This document shows positions 8,352-18,684 of a stretch of DNA of 64,000 bases, one piece after another. The translations under genes were made by a program, and so were the position numbers. The notes under the pieces are model-generated. The model worked only from the letters and a program-made list of their open reading frames with translations, ran no database searches and was not told the origin of the DNA. The stretch lies in assembly GCA_013585095.1 (NCBI GenBank), contig GCA_013585095.1_3039.1; one strand, 5' to 3'. This DNA comes from a phage. The number at the start of each line of letters is the position of its first letter. Within the stretch, counting starts at the first letter, position 1.

Positions 8352-10529
8352 ATGATTATCACCACTGAAAAAGAAACAATTCTTGGCAATGGTTCTAAAT
8401 CAAAAGCATTTAGCATCGCAGCAAATCCTAAAGTATTTAAAATTCTATCATCTGATTTGTATACAAACAAGATTCGCGCAGTGGTCCGTGAATTGATTAC
8501 CAACATGATTGATGCCCATGCTCTCAATGGAAATCCTGAAAAATTTATCATTCAAGTTCCTGGACGTTTAGATCCACGATTTGTTTGCCGAGATTTTGGT
8601 CCCGGTATGAGTGATTTTGATATTCAGGGTGATGATAATTCTCCCGGTCTGTATAATTCATACTTCAGTTCATCTAAGGCTGAATCTAACGATTTCATTG
8701 GCGGATTTGGTTTAGGTTCTAAATCTCCGTTTAGTTATACTGATACATTTAGTATTACTTCGTATCATAAAGGTGAAATTCGTGGCTATGTAGCTTACAT
8801 GGATGGTGATGGTCCACAGATTAAACCTACATTCGTAAAAGAAATGGGTCCAGATGATAAAACTGGTATTGAAATCGTAGTTCCAGTTGAAGAAAAAGAC
8901 TTTAGAAACTTTGCTTATGAAGTTTCTTATATCATGCGACCGTTCAAAGATTTGGCTATCATTAATGGTCTTGACCGTGAAATTGATTATTTTCCGGATT
9001 TTGATGATTATTACGGTGTAAATCCAGAAAGATACTGGCCTGATCGTGGTGGATTATATGCTATCTATGGCGGTATTGTTTATCCTATCGATGGTGTTAT
9101 TAGAGACCGTAATTGGCTAAGCATTCGCAATGAAGTGAATTACATTAAGTTTCCAATGGGTTCACTTGATATTGCTCCATCTCGCGAGGCTCTTTCACTT
9201 GATGATCGTACTCGTAAAAATATTATTGAGCGAGTTAAAGAACTCAGTGAGAAAGCATTTAATGAAGATGTAAAACGATTTAAAGAATCTACATCTCCTC
9301 GTCACACATATCGTGAATTGATGAAGATGGGGTATTCTGCTCGAGATTATATGATTAGTAATTCGGTCAAATTCACGACTAAAAATCTGTCATATAAAAA
9401 GATGCAGAGCATGTTTGAACCTGACAGTAAGTTATGTAATGCAGGCGTGGTGTATGAAGTAAATCTTGACCCTCGACTGAAGCGCATTAAGCAAAGTCAT
9501 GAAACATCAGCCGTTGCATCAAGTTATCGTCTGTTTGGTATTAATACAACAAAAATTAATATCGTTATTGATAATATTAAAAATCGTGTTAATATTGTCC
9601 GTGGATTAGCGCATGCGTTAGATGATAGTGAATTTAATAACACTTTGAATATTCATCATAACGAACGCCTTTTGTTTATTAACCCAGAAGTAGAATCGCA
9701 GATTGATTTACTCCCTGATATTATGGCGATGTTTGAAAGTGATGAAGTTAACATTCATTATTTGTCAGAAATTGAAGCTTTAGTTAAAAGCTATATTCCA
9801 AAGGTAGTTAAAAGTAAAGCTCCTCGTCCTAAAGCTGCTACAGCATTTAAATTTGAAATTAAAGATGGACGATGGGAAAAAGAGGAACTATTTACACTTA
9901 CGTCAGAAGCAGATGAAATTACTGGTTATGTAGCGTATATGCATCGTTCTGATATTTTCTCTATGGATGGTACTACATCGCTTTGTCATCCATCTATGAA
10001 TATTTTGATTCGTATGGCTAATCTTATTGGCATTAATGAATTTTATGTTATTCGTCCGCTTTTGCAGAAAAAGGTAAAAGAGCTTGGTCAGTGCCAATGT
10101 ATTTTTGAAGCTTTACGTGATTTATATGTAGATGCTTTTGATGATGTAGATTATGATAAGTATGTAGGTTATTCAAGTTCAGCTCAACGATATATTGATA
10201 AAATTATCAAGTATCCTGAACTAGATTTTATGATGAAGTACTTCAGTACAGATGAAGTTTCTGAAGAATATACACGACTTGGTAATATGGTTAGTTCATT
10301 ACGCGGTGTGTATTTCAATGGTGGAAAAGATACCATCGGTCATGATATCTGGACAGTAACTAATCTCTTTGATGAATTATCACGTAATGCTTCAAAAAAT
10401 AGTGATAAAATGGTTGCTGAGTTTACCAAGAAATTCCGTATTGTTTCCGACTTCATCGGTTATCGCAACTCTTTAAGTGATGATGAAGTTTCCCAAATCG
10501 CTAAAACTATGAAGGCCCTTGCGGCCTAA
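8352..10529 (+). CDS. rIIA: rIIA protein (GHKL-type ATPase fold)
   Basis: 725 aa as in T4; ELITNMIDA and DFGPGMS Bergerat-fold motifs. Confidence 0.9.
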   Translation: MIITTEKETILGNGSKSKAFSIAANPKVFKILSSDLYTNKIRAVVRELITNMIDAHALNGNPEKFIIQVPGRLDPRFVCRDFGPGMSDFDIQGDDNSPGLYNSYFSSSKAESNDFIGGFGLGSKSPFSYTDTFSITSYHKGEIRGYVAYMDGDGPQIKPTFVKEMGPDDKTGIEIVVPVEEKDFRNFAYEVSYIMRPFKDLAIINGLDREIDYFPDFDDYYGVNPERYWPDRGGLYAIYGGIVYPIDGVIRDRNWLSIRNEVNYIKFPMGSLDIAPSREALSLDDRTRKNIIERVKELSEKAFNEDVKRFKESTSPRHTYRELMKMGYSARDYMISNSVKFTTKNLSYKKMQSMFEPDSKLCNAGVVYEVNLDPRLKRIKQSHETSAVASSYRLFGINTTKINIVIDNIKNRVNIVRGLAHALDDSEFNNTLNIHHNERLLFINPEVESQIDLLPDIMAMFESDEVNIHYLSEIEALVKSYIPKVVKSKAPRPKAATAFKFEIKDGRWEKEELFTLTSEADEITGYVAYMHRSDIFSMDGTTSLCHPSMNILIRMANLIGINEFYVIRPLLQKKVKELGQCQCIFEALRDLYVDAFDDVDYDKYVGYSSSAQRYIDKIIKYPELDFMMKYFSTDEVSEEYTRLGNMVSSLRGVYFNGGKDTIGHDIWTVTNLFDELSRNASKNSDKMVAEFTKKFRIVSDFIGYRNSLSDDEVSQIAKTMKALAA

Positions 10530-10540
10530 TAAGGAAAATT

Positions 10541-11479
10541 ATGTACAATATTAAATGCCTGACCAAAAACGAACAAGCTGAAATTGTTAAATTGTATTCA
10601 AGCGGTAATTACACCCAACAGGAATTGGCTGATTGGCAAGGTGTATCGGTTGACACAATTCGTCGTGTTTTGAAAAATGCTGAAGAAGCTAAACGCTCTA
10701 AAGTTACTATTAGCGGTGACATTACGGTTAAAGTTAATAGCGATACAGCTATTGCTCCAGTTACTAAATCTGACATTATTTGGAATGCATCTAAAAAATT
10801 CATTTCAATTACTGTTGACGGTGTAACTTATAACGCAACTCCTAATACTCATTCAAACTTCCAGGAAATTCTTAATCTGCTTGTAGCAGATAAGTTGGAA
10901 GAAGCGGTACAAAAAATTAATGTTCGTCGCGCTGTTGAAAAATATATTTCCGGCGATGTTCGAATTGAAGGCGGAAGCTTGTTCTATCAAAATATCGAAT
11001 TACGGTCTGGTTTAGTTGATCGTATTCTCGATTCGATGGAAAAAGGTGAAAACTTTGAATTTTATTTTCCGTTCTTGGAAAATCTGCTGGAAAACCCAAG
11101 CCAGAAAGCGGTATCTCGACTCTTTGATTTCTTGGTAGCAAACGATATTGAAATTACAGAAGATGGTTACTTCTATGCTTGGAAAGTAGTTCGTGACAAC
11201 TACTTTGACTGTCACTCAAACACCTTTGATAACAGTCCTGGTAAAGTAGTTAAAATGCCGCGTACTCGTGTGAATGACGATGATACACAAACTTGTTCTC
11301 GTGGTCTGCATGTGTGTTCTAAATCTTATATTCGTCACTTTGGCAGTTCAACCAGCCGAGTTGTAAAAGTTAAAGTACATCCACGTGATGTAGTATCAAT
11401 TCCGATTGATTACAACGATGCTAAAATGCGTACCTGCCAATACGAAGTAGTTGAAGACGTTACTGAACAATTTAAATAA
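10541..11479 (+). CDS. rIIB: rIIB protein
   Basis: 312 aa as in T4, directly downstream of rIIA; hairpin follows. Confidence 0.85.
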   Translation: MYNIKCLTKNEQAEIVKLYSSGNYTQQELADWQGVSVDTIRRVLKNAEEAKRSKVTISGDITVKVNSDTAIAPVTKSDIIWNASKKFISITVDGVTYNATPNTHSNFQEILNLLVADKLEEAVQKINVRRAVEKYISGDVRIEGGSLFYQNIELRSGLVDRILDSMEKGENFEFYFPFLENLLENPSQKAVSRLFDFLVANDIEITEDGYFYAWKVVRDNYFDCHSNTFDNSPGKVVKMPRTRVNDDDTQTCSRGLHVCSKSYIRHFGSSTSRVVKVKVHPRDVVSIPIDYNDAKMRTCQYEVVEDVTEQFK

Positions 11480-11496
11480 GGGCTTCGGCCCTTATC
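11479..11496 (+). terminator. UUCG-tetraloop hairpin after rIIB
   Basis: agggcTTCGgccct; weak U-tract. Confidence 0.4.
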
Positions 11497-11511
11497 ATAT
11501 TAAGGAAAATT

Positions 11512-11706
11512 ATGTTAGGTTATCAAGCACGAGTAAAAGAAGAATACGATCAATTAATGCTCAAAATTAATGCACTGAGCAAATTTTTAGAAAGCACAAA
11601 GTTTCTAACGGTTAGTGCAGTTGAGCAAGAACTGCTGCTTTCACAGTTCATCTCAATGAAATCTTATGCTGAGTGTCTAGAGAAAAGAATCGCACAATTC
11701 AAATAA
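11512..11706 (+). CDS. hypothetical protein
   Basis: 64 aa between two UUCG hairpins. Confidence 0.45.
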   Translation: MLGYQARVKEEYDQLMLKINALSKFLESTKFLTVSAVEQELLLSQFISMKSYAECLEKRIAQFK

Positions 11707-11710
11707 AATA

Positions 11711-11732
11711 AGGGCTTCGGCCCTTTTGTTTT
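11711..11732 (+). terminator. intrinsic terminator
   Basis: agggcTTCGgccct followed by tttgtttt. Confidence 0.55.
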
Positions 11733-11769
11733 AAGAGAAATTATGATTCCGACATAAAGGAAAGTTTAA

Positions 11770-12327
11770 ATGCAGAAAACGAATCCGGGTTTGCAGAGAC
11801 TATTTCAGATTCCGACATTTACTCTATCGAACAGCGATTTAACCAATGAAATGAAGGTCAAAATTGCTGATACAGCAAGATACTCTTTAAAACAAAACCC
11901 GAACCAGGATAAGGCAGAAGTTATCGAAAGATGTCGTATCGCTGTGTATGCTGAGTATGTTGTAGCAGATTGGTTAAGCGGGTATGTTAATAAAGGTCAA
12001 GAAGATGTCGATGATCCGTACACATATGCATGGGATGTTTTAGCGCATCCAAAATATTGCGGGCTTCGTGTAGAAGTCAAAACACATCAAACTGACTCGC
12101 GTTGGATTTCGGTAACAACGGGATGCAGCGGAGAGTATCCATATGGTTCTGGAATAAATTTAGGGCCCATTCTAAATCATCAAGTCGCTGACTGTATAAT
12201 TATATTCAACACTAAAGAAATTCATCCAGGTGTCATCCAGTACACTCCGAAGTTCATCGGTGACAGAGAAGACCTTCGTAAGGTTGTAAGAAAAAGCAAC
12301 TACAACGGATGGTATCTTTCCATTTAA
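11770..12327 (+). CDS. endonuclease IV-like (denB position and size)
   Basis: 185 aa equals T4 DenB length; location after rIIB. Confidence 0.5.
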   Translation: MQKTNPGLQRLFQIPTFTLSNSDLTNEMKVKIADTARYSLKQNPNQDKAEVIERCRIAVYAEYVVADWLSGYVNKGQEDVDDPYTYAWDVLAHPKYCGLRVEVKTHQTDSRWISVTTGCSGEYPYGSGINLGPILNHQVADCIIIFNTKEIHPGVIQYTPKFIGDREDLRKVVRKSNYNGWYLSI

Positions 12328-12345
12328 AAATTTTTTCACAAAACG

Positions 12346-12375
12346 GTTTACATACCACAAGGACCGTGGTACTAT
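12346..12375 (+). promoter_or_regulatory. T4-type early promoter with A/T-rich upstream element
   Basis: aaaattttttcacaaaacGGTTTACataccacaaggaccgtggTACTAT. Confidence 0.55.
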
Positions 12376-12403
12376 TACCCTATCAACTACGGAGGAGCGG
12401 AAA

Positions 12404-12667
12404 ATGAAATTTAAATTTTATTACGCTAAACATAAAATAACTGATGAGTTTGTGTCAGTTGAATATTCTAGCGATGATGAAGGTATGATTTATACTCGCT
12501 TAGGATTATCGCATTGGGAGTCTGATACGCCTTATTTTTCAACTCCCGAAGAAATTACACGCTTAGTTAATGGTCATATGAATGACCACTGGAATGTAAT
12601 TCTTTCAGATAGTCTTAAAGCGGCTATTAATAGTAATGAAATGAAAATCGCTGAGATTGAGTTATGA
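12404..12667 (+). CDS. hypothetical protein
   Basis: 87 aa; early promoter and GGAGGAG RBS upstream. Confidence 0.45.
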   Translation: MKFKFYYAKHKITDEFVSVEYSSDDEGMIYTRLGLSHWESDTPYFSTPEEITRLVNGHMNDHWNVILSDSLKAAINSNEMKIAEIEL

Positions 12668-12853
12668 GTTCACTATGGTGGTGTTTCGTTTGGTTAATTA
12701 GTATTCCATTAATTTGTTTAACATTTACTTTTGTAATGAGATTATTATGAAAATTTTGAATTCTGTACTTATTGCTTGCGCGTGGTGGGTTGCACAGGTT
12801 TCAGCGGTAGTAGTTGGTATTCACATTTATTACGAATATTTTTAAAAAAGTTG

Positions 12854-12882
12854 TTTACAAGACTGTTCTTCCGTGGTACTAT
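12854..12882 (+). promoter_or_regulatory. T4-type early promoter
   Basis: gtttacaagactgttcttccgtggtactat. Confidence 0.55.
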
Positions 12883-12910
12883 TACTCTATCAACTACGGA
12901 GGAACAGAAA

Positions 12911-13024
12911 ATGAAAAAGATTATTAAAGCTATATGGAATGTAGTTATAATATTAATAGTTTTGAGTATATTCCCAATCGTTTTAATGATTGATGTATTA
13001 AACGCTTACTTTGGATTTATGTGA
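12911..13024 (+). CDS. small hydrophobic membrane peptide (37 aa)
   Basis: MKKIIKAIWNVVIILIVLSIFPIVLMIDV...; RBS GGAGGAA; promoter upstream. Confidence 0.4.
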   Translation: MKKIIKAIWNVVIILIVLSIFPIVLMIDVLNAYFGFM

Positions 13025-13031
13025 GGAAAAT

Positions 13032-13229
13032 ATGAAGCGTAAACGCAGTGCTTTTACATTTATTGAATGGTTTTTCGATAATATTTTTCCGGCTTTATTC
13101 ATTTTCATGCTGATTTTTGCCTTAGGTTCAGTTGTAGTTGGAATCTATTTGATGGCGGTAGTCGGAATGGATATTCATCAAAATGGTTTAAAATCCGTAG
13201 TTGAAACAATTTGGAATGGTGTAAAATAA
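13032..13229 (+). CDS. small membrane protein (65 aa)
   Basis: ATG after GAGGAAAA; hydrophobic core FPALFIFMLIFALGSVVVGIYLMAVVG. Confidence 0.4.
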   Translation: MKRKRSAFTFIEWFFDNIFPALFIFMLIFALGSVVVGIYLMAVVGMDIHQNGLKSVVETIWNGVK

Positions 13230-13344
13230 TGAATTTACTAAACATTTGGTTTTATATTCTTATGTTTTACATTGGCGCAAATTTTCCATATTGGATGGGA
13301 TGGTCAACAACTGCATTTGGATTTTATACTCCTTGAGGTGAATT

Positions 13345-13560
13345 ATGAAAATCTTTAAAGATGTAAAAGTTGGTGAAATTTTCTGTTTAGATAACGGTGA
13401 TCAGTTAATTCGTATTTCACCTCTTAAGAGCACTAGCGAGAAACCGACAGTTAATGCTACTTTAGCAAATAATAGTAATGAACGTTTCTGTATTGAAAAT
13501 GATACTGAAACTTACACCGTAGAAGAATTCTGGGAATTGAGCGTCGACTGCGACGAGTAA
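13345..13560 (+). CDS. hypothetical protein
   Basis: 71 aa, ATG with GAGGTG RBS. Confidence 0.45.
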   Translation: MKIFKDVKVGEIFCLDNGDQLIRISPLKSTSEKPTVNATLANNSNERFCIENDTETYTVEEFWELSVDCDE

Positions 13561-13620
13561 TTTAATGGCCGTGTGTATTCATGCGGCCTTGGAGTAGAAA
13601 ATAATTTAGAGGAAATTAAT

Positions 13621-14079
13621 ATGAAATATATGACTGTTACTGATCTGAACAACGCAGGTGCTACTGTTATTGGTACAATCAAGGGTGGTGAATGGTTTTT
13701 GGGAACTCCGCATAAAGATATTTTATCTAAACCTGGATTTTACTTTTTAGTAAGTAAATTAGATGGTCGTCTATTTAGTAATCCATGCGTGTCTGCACGA
13801 TTTTATGTAGGTAATCAGCGTTCTAAGCAAGGATTCAGTGCAGTTCTAAGTCATATTCGTCAACGTCGGTCTCAGCTTGCACGTACTATTGCAAATAACA
13901 ATGTTCCATACACAGTATTTTATCTGCCTGCTTCTAAGATGAAACCTCTGACGACAGGATTTGGTAAAGGTCAGTTAGCTTTGGCGTTTACTCGTAATCA
14001 TCATTCTGAGTATCAAACACTTGAAGAAATGAACCGTATGTTGGCTGATAACTTTAAATTCGTTTTGCAGGCATATTAA
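13621..14079 (+). CDS. ndd: nucleoid disruption protein
   Basis: 152 aa from ATG 13621 (GAGGAAA RBS); matches remembered T4 Ndd ([13 protein letters not shown]...). Confidence 0.75.
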
Positions 14080-14159
14080 TGAGTAATTTCCACAACGAAC
14101 ACGTGATGCAGTTCTATCGTAACAATCTTAAAACCAAAGGCGTCTTCGGACGCCAGTGA
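14079..14159 (+). CDS. stp: Stp peptide (activator of host PrrC anticodon nuclease / inhibitor of EcoprrI)
   Basis: 26 aa [26 protein letters not shown], identical to remembered T4 Stp; not in ORF track. Confidence 0.85.
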
Positions 14160-14166
14160 GGAAAAT

Positions 14167-14322
14167 ATGAAATTTGTTCACGGTATAGCCTTTTTCTGTT
14201 GGTTCTTTTTATGCATCGGAACAGTAATAACTGGAGAAACTTCAGTATTTTTGCAAGCATCAGCTCAGGGCGTATTAGCGATTTTATCATTATTCGCGTA
14301 CATTGGTTCTAAAAATAGTTGA
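14167..14322 (+). CDS. small hydrophobic membrane peptide (51 aa)
   Basis: MKFVHGIAFFCWFFLCIG...; paralog of next ORF (SVFxQAxAQG motif). Confidence 0.4.
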   Translation: MKFVHGIAFFCWFFLCIGTVITGETSVFLQASAQGVLAILSLFAYIGSKNS

Positions 14323-14332
14323 GGAGAATATT

Positions 14333-14491
14333 ATGAATATCGCAAAATTATTAGGAGTTATTTCATTTATTTGTTGGATAGTAGCATGTGTTTTAACTAT
14401 CTGTATTGATGCTAGCAGTGTGTTTTCGCAAGCTTTAGCTCAGGGTATGTGTGCATATTTAACATTTGTGTTGTTATCTACTAATGATTAA
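14333..14491 (+). CDS. small hydrophobic membrane peptide (52 aa)
   Basis: ATG after GAGGAG; track start 14303 is upstream extension. Confidence 0.4.
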   Translation: MNIAKLLGVISFICWIVACVLTICIDASSVFSQALAQGMCAYLTFVLLSTND

Positions 14492-14624
14492 GAAAATCTT
14501 GGGCTATTCATTAGCCCTTGCTATTTTATTAATAGCACTATATTATGGAGTAATGTTTGGATTAATTCAAGTCGTGCTTTTCATTTCTGATGTTATTATG
14601 GCACTACATTCACTAGTATGGTAA
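14484..14624 (+). CDS. small membrane peptide (ac-like position just upstream of gene 52)
   Basis: 46 aa MIKKILGYSLALAILLIALYYGVMFGLIQVV...; not in ORF track. Confidence 0.35.
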   Translation: MIKKILGYSLALAILLIALYYGVMFGLIQVVLFISDVIMALHSLVW

Positions 14625-14628
14625 ATTT

Positions 14629-15957
14629 ATGCAACTGAATAATCGCGATTTAAAAAGTATCATTGATAATGAAGCATTGGCTTATGCTATGTACACGGTT
14701 GAAAATCGTGCTATTCCAAATATGATTGATGGATTTAAGCCAGTTCAACGATTTGTTATTGCTCGAGCTCTTGATTTGGCACGAGGAAATAAAGATAAGT
14801 TTCACAAACTCGCTTCTATTGCAGGTGGTGTAGCGGACCTTGGATATCACCATGGTGAAAACTCTGCACAAGATGCGGGGGCTTTGATGGCTAACACTTG
14901 GAATAATAACTTTCCTTTATTAGATGGTCAAGGAAACTTCGGTTCTCGTACTGTCCAAAAGGCAGCAGCTAGTCGTTATATTTTTGCTCGTGTAAGTAAA
15001 AATTTCTATAACGTATATAAAGATACTGAATATGCTCCAGTACATCAAGATAAAGAACACATTCCGCCTGCTTTCTATTTGCCTATTATTCCTACTGTTC
15101 TTCTTAATGGCGTTTCCGGTATTGCAACTGGTTATGCAACTTACATTCTTCCTCATAGTGTTTCTTCTGTTAAGAAAGCTGTACTGCAAGCTCTTCAAGG
15201 AAAGAAAGTAACTAAACCGAAGGTAGAATTCCCAGAATTTCGTGGTGAAGTCGTTGAAATTGATGGGCAATATGAAATTCGTGGAACATATAAGTTTACT
15301 TCACGAACTCAAATGCATATCACTGAGATTCCGTATAAGTATGATCGTGAAACTTATGTGAGTAAAATCTTAGACCCACTTGAAGATAAAGGCTTCATTA
15401 CATGGGATGATGCTTGTGGTGAGCATGGTTTTGGATTCAAAGTTAAATTCCGTAAAGAATATTCTTTGAGCGATAATGAAGAAGAACGCCATGCAAAAAT
15501 TATGAAAGACTTCGGGTTGATTGAGCGTCGTTCTCAGAATATTACCGTCATTAATGAGAAAGGAAAACTGCAAGTTTACGATAACGTAGTTGATTTAATT
15601 AAAGACTTTGTTGAAGTTCGTAAAACTTATGTCCAAAAACGAATTGATAACAAAATCAAAGAAACTGAGTCAGCTTTTCGTTTAGCCTTTGCCAAGGCAC
15701 ATTTCATTAAGAAAGTAATTTCAGGTGAAATTGTTGTACAAGGTAAAACTCGCAAAGAACTGACCGAAGAACTTTCTAAAATTGATATGTATTCTTCTTA
15801 TGTTGATAAACTAGTTGGAATGAATATTTTTCATATGGCTTCCGACGAAGCAAAGAAACTTGCTGAAGAAGCTAAAGCTAAAAAAGAAGAAAACGAATAT
15901 TGGAAAACTACTGATGTAGTTACAGAATACACCAAAGATTTAGAGGAAATCAAATGA
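14629..15957 (+). CDS. 52: topoisomerase II medium subunit (GyrA-like)
   Basis: 442 aa as in T4; AIPNMIDGFKPVQRFV and AASRY active-site Tyr region. Confidence 0.9.
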   Translation: MQLNNRDLKSIIDNEALAYAMYTVENRAIPNMIDGFKPVQRFVIARALDLARGNKDKFHKLASIAGGVADLGYHHGENSAQDAGALMANTWNNNFPLLDGQGNFGSRTVQKAAASRYIFARVSKNFYNVYKDTEYAPVHQDKEHIPPAFYLPIIPTVLLNGVSGIATGYATYILPHSVSSVKKAVLQALQGKKVTKPKVEFPEFRGEVVEIDGQYEIRGTYKFTSRTQMHITEIPYKYDRETYVSKILDPLEDKGFITWDDACGEHGFGFKVKFRKEYSLSDNEEERHAKIMKDFGLIERRSQNITVINEKGKLQVYDNVVDLIKDFVEVRKTYVQKRIDNKIKETESAFRLAFAKAHFIKKVISGEIVVQGKTRKELTEELSKIDMYSSYVDKLVGMNIFHMASDEAKKLAEEAKAKKEENEYWKTTDVVTEYTKDLEEIK

Positions 15958-16103
15958 GTCCATTCATAGGTATTACAAGCGCTGCATTAGTATCCGGTAG
16001 CATTTTACTGGCGGGTTTAGGTGTTGTTCCAGCCGTAGCAGGAGGTCTTCTTGCGTTCGGAATTCAACGTGTTATCATGACAGTTATCACAGTCATGCAG
16101 TAA
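15954..16103 (+). CDS. small membrane peptide (49 aa)
   Basis: overlaps gp52 stop; strong terminator follows; not in ORF track. Confidence 0.35.
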   Translation: MSPFIGITSAALVSGSILLAGLGVVPAVAGGLLAFGIQRVIMTVITVMQ

Positions 16104-16108
16104 TTTTA

Positions 16109-16136
16109 GGGAGAGCCTCGGCTCTCCCTTTTTTAT
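16109..16136 (+). terminator. intrinsic terminator downstream of gene 52
   Basis: gggagagcCTCGgctctccc followed by tttttt. Confidence 0.75.
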
Positions 16137-16158
16137 TTTAAAATTTTTTCACAAAACG

Positions 16159-16188
16159 GTTTACAACCAAAGCATTCTATGGTACTAT
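16159..16188 (+). promoter_or_regulatory. T4-type early promoter upstream of motA
   Basis: aaaattttttcacaaaacggtttacaaccaaagcattctatggtactat. Confidence 0.6.
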
Positions 16189-16229
16189 ACAACTATCAAC
16201 TACTGATACAGAATTACGGAGATTAGAAA

Positions 16230-16865
16230 ATGTCTAAAGTAACTTACATCATTAAAGCTTCTAACGATGTTCTGAATGAAAAAACTGCTGCGATTTTAAT
16301 TACCATTGCTAAGAAAGATTTCATTACAGCTGCAGAAGTTCGTGAGGTGCATCCAGATTTAGGTAACGCAGTAGTTAATAGTAATATTGGGGTATTGATT
16401 AAAAAAGGCCTGGTGGAGAAATCTGGTGATGGATTAATCATTACTGGTGAAGCTCAGGATATTATTTCAAATGCAGCAACTTTATACGCACAGGAAAACG
16501 CTCCTGAACTGCTGAAAAAACGAGCAACTCGTAAAGCTCGCGAAATTACTTCTGATATGGAAGAAGATAAAGACTTCATGTTAAAACTTTTGGATGAAAA
16601 TGGATTTGTTCTTAAAAAGGTTGAAACTTATCGTAGTAACTATCTCGCTATTTTAGAAAAACGCACTCACGGAATTCGTAATTTTGAAATTAACAACAAT
16701 GGAAATATGCGAATTTTTGGATACAAAATGATGGAACATCATATTCAGAAATTTACTGACATCGGAATGTCATGTAAAATCGCTAAAAACGGTAATGTGT
16801 ATCTTGACATTAAACGCTCGGCAGAAAACATTGAAGCAGTAATCACTGTAGCATCTGAACTGTGA
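16230..16865 (+). CDS. motA: MotA middle-promoter transcription activator
   Basis: 211 aa; matches remembered T4 MotA (MSKVTYIIKASNDVLNEKTAAIL...). Confidence 0.9.
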   Translation: MSKVTYIIKASNDVLNEKTAAILITIAKKDFITAAEVREVHPDLGNAVVNSNIGVLIKKGLVEKSGDGLIITGEAQDIISNAATLYAQENAPELLKKRATRKAREITSDMEEDKDFMLKLLDENGFVLKKVETYRSNYLAILEKRTHGIRNFEINNNGNMRIFGYKMMEHHIQKFTDIGMSCKIAKNGNVYLDIKRSAENIEAVITVASEL

Positions 16866-16875
16866 GGAATAAATA

Positions 16876-17205
16876 ATGAACAAGTTAGAAATTGTCAATG
16901 AACTTCGTCGTTGTGCAGAACCTACTCAAGAGGGTTGGGATATTTGGTACCATGGAGCTTATCTTGGAACTATTGTAAAGATTAAGACTGGTAAATACAT
17001 GATTATTCGTGAAAGTAAAGATGCTCCAGTAGGTATTCGCAATAATTTTATGGCAGCGATAAGTTCCTTTACAGATGCAGCTTACGAAATTTACCTTGCC
17101 GATTATAAAGAATTCCAGGAATCTCAACCGGTTATTCGTTCAATTGGTGTTAACAAAGCTCAACAGAAAACTTTGTGGCAGCGTATTAAAGGATGGTTTA
17201 AATGA
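16876..17205 (+). CDS. hypothetical protein
   Basis: 109 aa, ATG with GAGGAA RBS. Confidence 0.5.
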   Translation: MNKLEIVNELRRCAEPTQEGWDIWYHGAYLGTIVKIKTGKYMIIRESKDAPVGIRNNFMAAISSFTDAAYEIYLADYKEFQESQPVIRSIGVNKAQQKTLWQRIKGWFK

Positions 17206-17663
17206 AAACTTTTAAAGAACGTTTAGCTCTGTTAGATAAAGCTTTATCTCGTGAGACTCCGGAAAGTCTGGCTGCTAAATTAGCTTCTTATGGTGGTGAA
17301 TATACAGAACAAAATGTTTTAGATGAAGTTCCTGAAATCTGTTGGCAGACTGCATATTGGGATGAAAACCAAAAGTATCAACGACGAATTGTCTGTGCAG
17401 CCAACCGTTTTAAATTAAAAGATGGACGAACTCTTATTATTCCAGGTGCTCGTCATTATTCTAAAGATATGGCAGAAGTTTTAGATGTAGTTAAACCTCA
17501 ATTAGTTACTCAACAAGTTTGTGATGATGACCAAGGGTTTATTGACCAATATAGTAATTATTGGACTCGCGAAGAAGCAATGATTATTGCAACTTACGCT
17601 GGACAAGTACGTATTGAACGTGGTGGTAGTGAAAAAGAACTTTACTCTGAGGACCTTTACTAA
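17202..17663 (+). CDS. hypothetical protein
   Basis: 153 aa, start overlaps previous stop. Confidence 0.5.
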   Translation: MKTFKERLALLDKALSRETPESLAAKLASYGGEYTEQNVLDEVPEICWQTAYWDENQKYQRRIVCAANRFKLKDGRTLIIPGARHYSKDMAEVLDVVKPQLVTQQVCDDDQGFIDQYSNYWTREEAMIIATYAGQVRIERGGSEKELYSEDLY

Positions 17664-17959
17664 TGAATATTAAAAAGTTTCAAATCGATGGAATTATGAA
17701 TCAAATCCAGGCACTAGAATATGCCAATAAAATGATGTCAACTAATTGGGGAATTTATACCAATGAGCCGGGATTTAAGTTCTGTGATATGGAATTTACT
17801 AAAAAGCTTGTAGGAAAAGATTATGTATGTCCATTTAGTTCTATAATAAATGACATGCTAAAACCTGCTTTACGCGATCTTTATATTGCGATGAACGAAG
17901 AGATGATAAAAGAGCTAAAACGTCAACTGAAGGTGATTCAATTTGGCCAGGGAAATTAA
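17663..17959 (+). CDS. hypothetical protein
   Basis: 98 aa, ATG overlapping previous stop (TAATG). Confidence 0.45.
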   Translation: MNIKKFQIDGIMNQIQALEYANKMMSTNWGIYTNEPGFKFCDMEFTKKLVGKDYVCPFSSIINDMLKPALRDLYIAMNEEMIKELKRQLKVIQFGQGN

Positions 17960-18244
17960 TTCAAAATCTGACTATTTTAATTCTCTTAATGATAAAGATA
18001 AAAATCTAATACGGCATTTTATTGTTGAGATGGGATATACCGATACACGCGATTTAAGAGAACATATATTTGAATGTGGTGTAGCTAAAAAGTTTTCATT
18101 CACATGCAAATGTTTAAGAGAGGTAATTCAGCACTATGAACAATTTAGTCGCAAAACATAATTTTAATAAAGCTTCTGTTCATAAGGATAAGAAGAAAGC
18201 GTTTAAAGAATCTAATCGCAAACAGAAACATAAGGGGAAGGTCT

Positions 18245-18523
18245 ATGATTATTGATTCTCAGTCCGTGGTTCAATATACAATCAAAATTGATATTCTAGA
18301 AAAGCTATATAAGTTTCTACCAAATTTATACCACTCAATTGTTAATGAATTAGTTGAAGAACTACATCTTGAGAATAATGATTTCTTGATTGGAACTTAT
18401 AAAGACCTCTCAAAAGCAGGATATTTTTACGTAATTCCAGCTCCAGGAAAAAGTATTGATGATGTATTAAAAACTATAATGATTTACGTCCATGATTATG
18501 AAATTGAAGATTATTTCGAATGA
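18245..18523 (+). CDS. Arn-like protein (anti-restriction nuclease; by size and position)
   Basis: 92 aa acidic protein immediately upstream of asiA region. Confidence 0.4.
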   Translation: MIIDSQSVVQYTIKIDILEKLYKFLPNLYHSIVNELVEELHLENNDFLIGTYKDLSKAGYFYVIPAPGKSIDDVLKTIMIYVHDYEIEDYFE

Positions 18524-18672
18524 GTCATAATCTTGAAAAAGTAATCGAGCATAATGTAGCTCAGGAACGTAAGTCGTTCAAGGAATTCGTAGAAAAAATT
18601 TTTGAAGAAAATAACACAGACCAGTTTACAAATCAAGCGTCTGATGATATTATAACAAAGTCAACTAATTGA
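18520..18672 (+). CDS. hypothetical small protein (50 aa)
   Basis: ATG overlapping previous stop; not in ORF track. Confidence 0.3.
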   Translation: MSHNLEKVIEHNVAQERKSFKEFVEKIFEENNTDQFTNQASDDIITKSTN

Positions 18673-18684
18673 GTGGTATAGTTA

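Noticed and set aside
17943-18161. 72-aa track ORF downstream of 17663..17959 (first in-frame ATG at 18030, giving 43 aa)
   Set aside because: Track start is TTG; the ATG-trimmed version is short with no clear RBS, so it is left uncalled
18136-18255. Lysine-rich 39-aa ORF overlapping the start of the arn-like gene
   Set aside because: Overlaps two better-supported ORFs in alternate frames, has no RBS and low complexity
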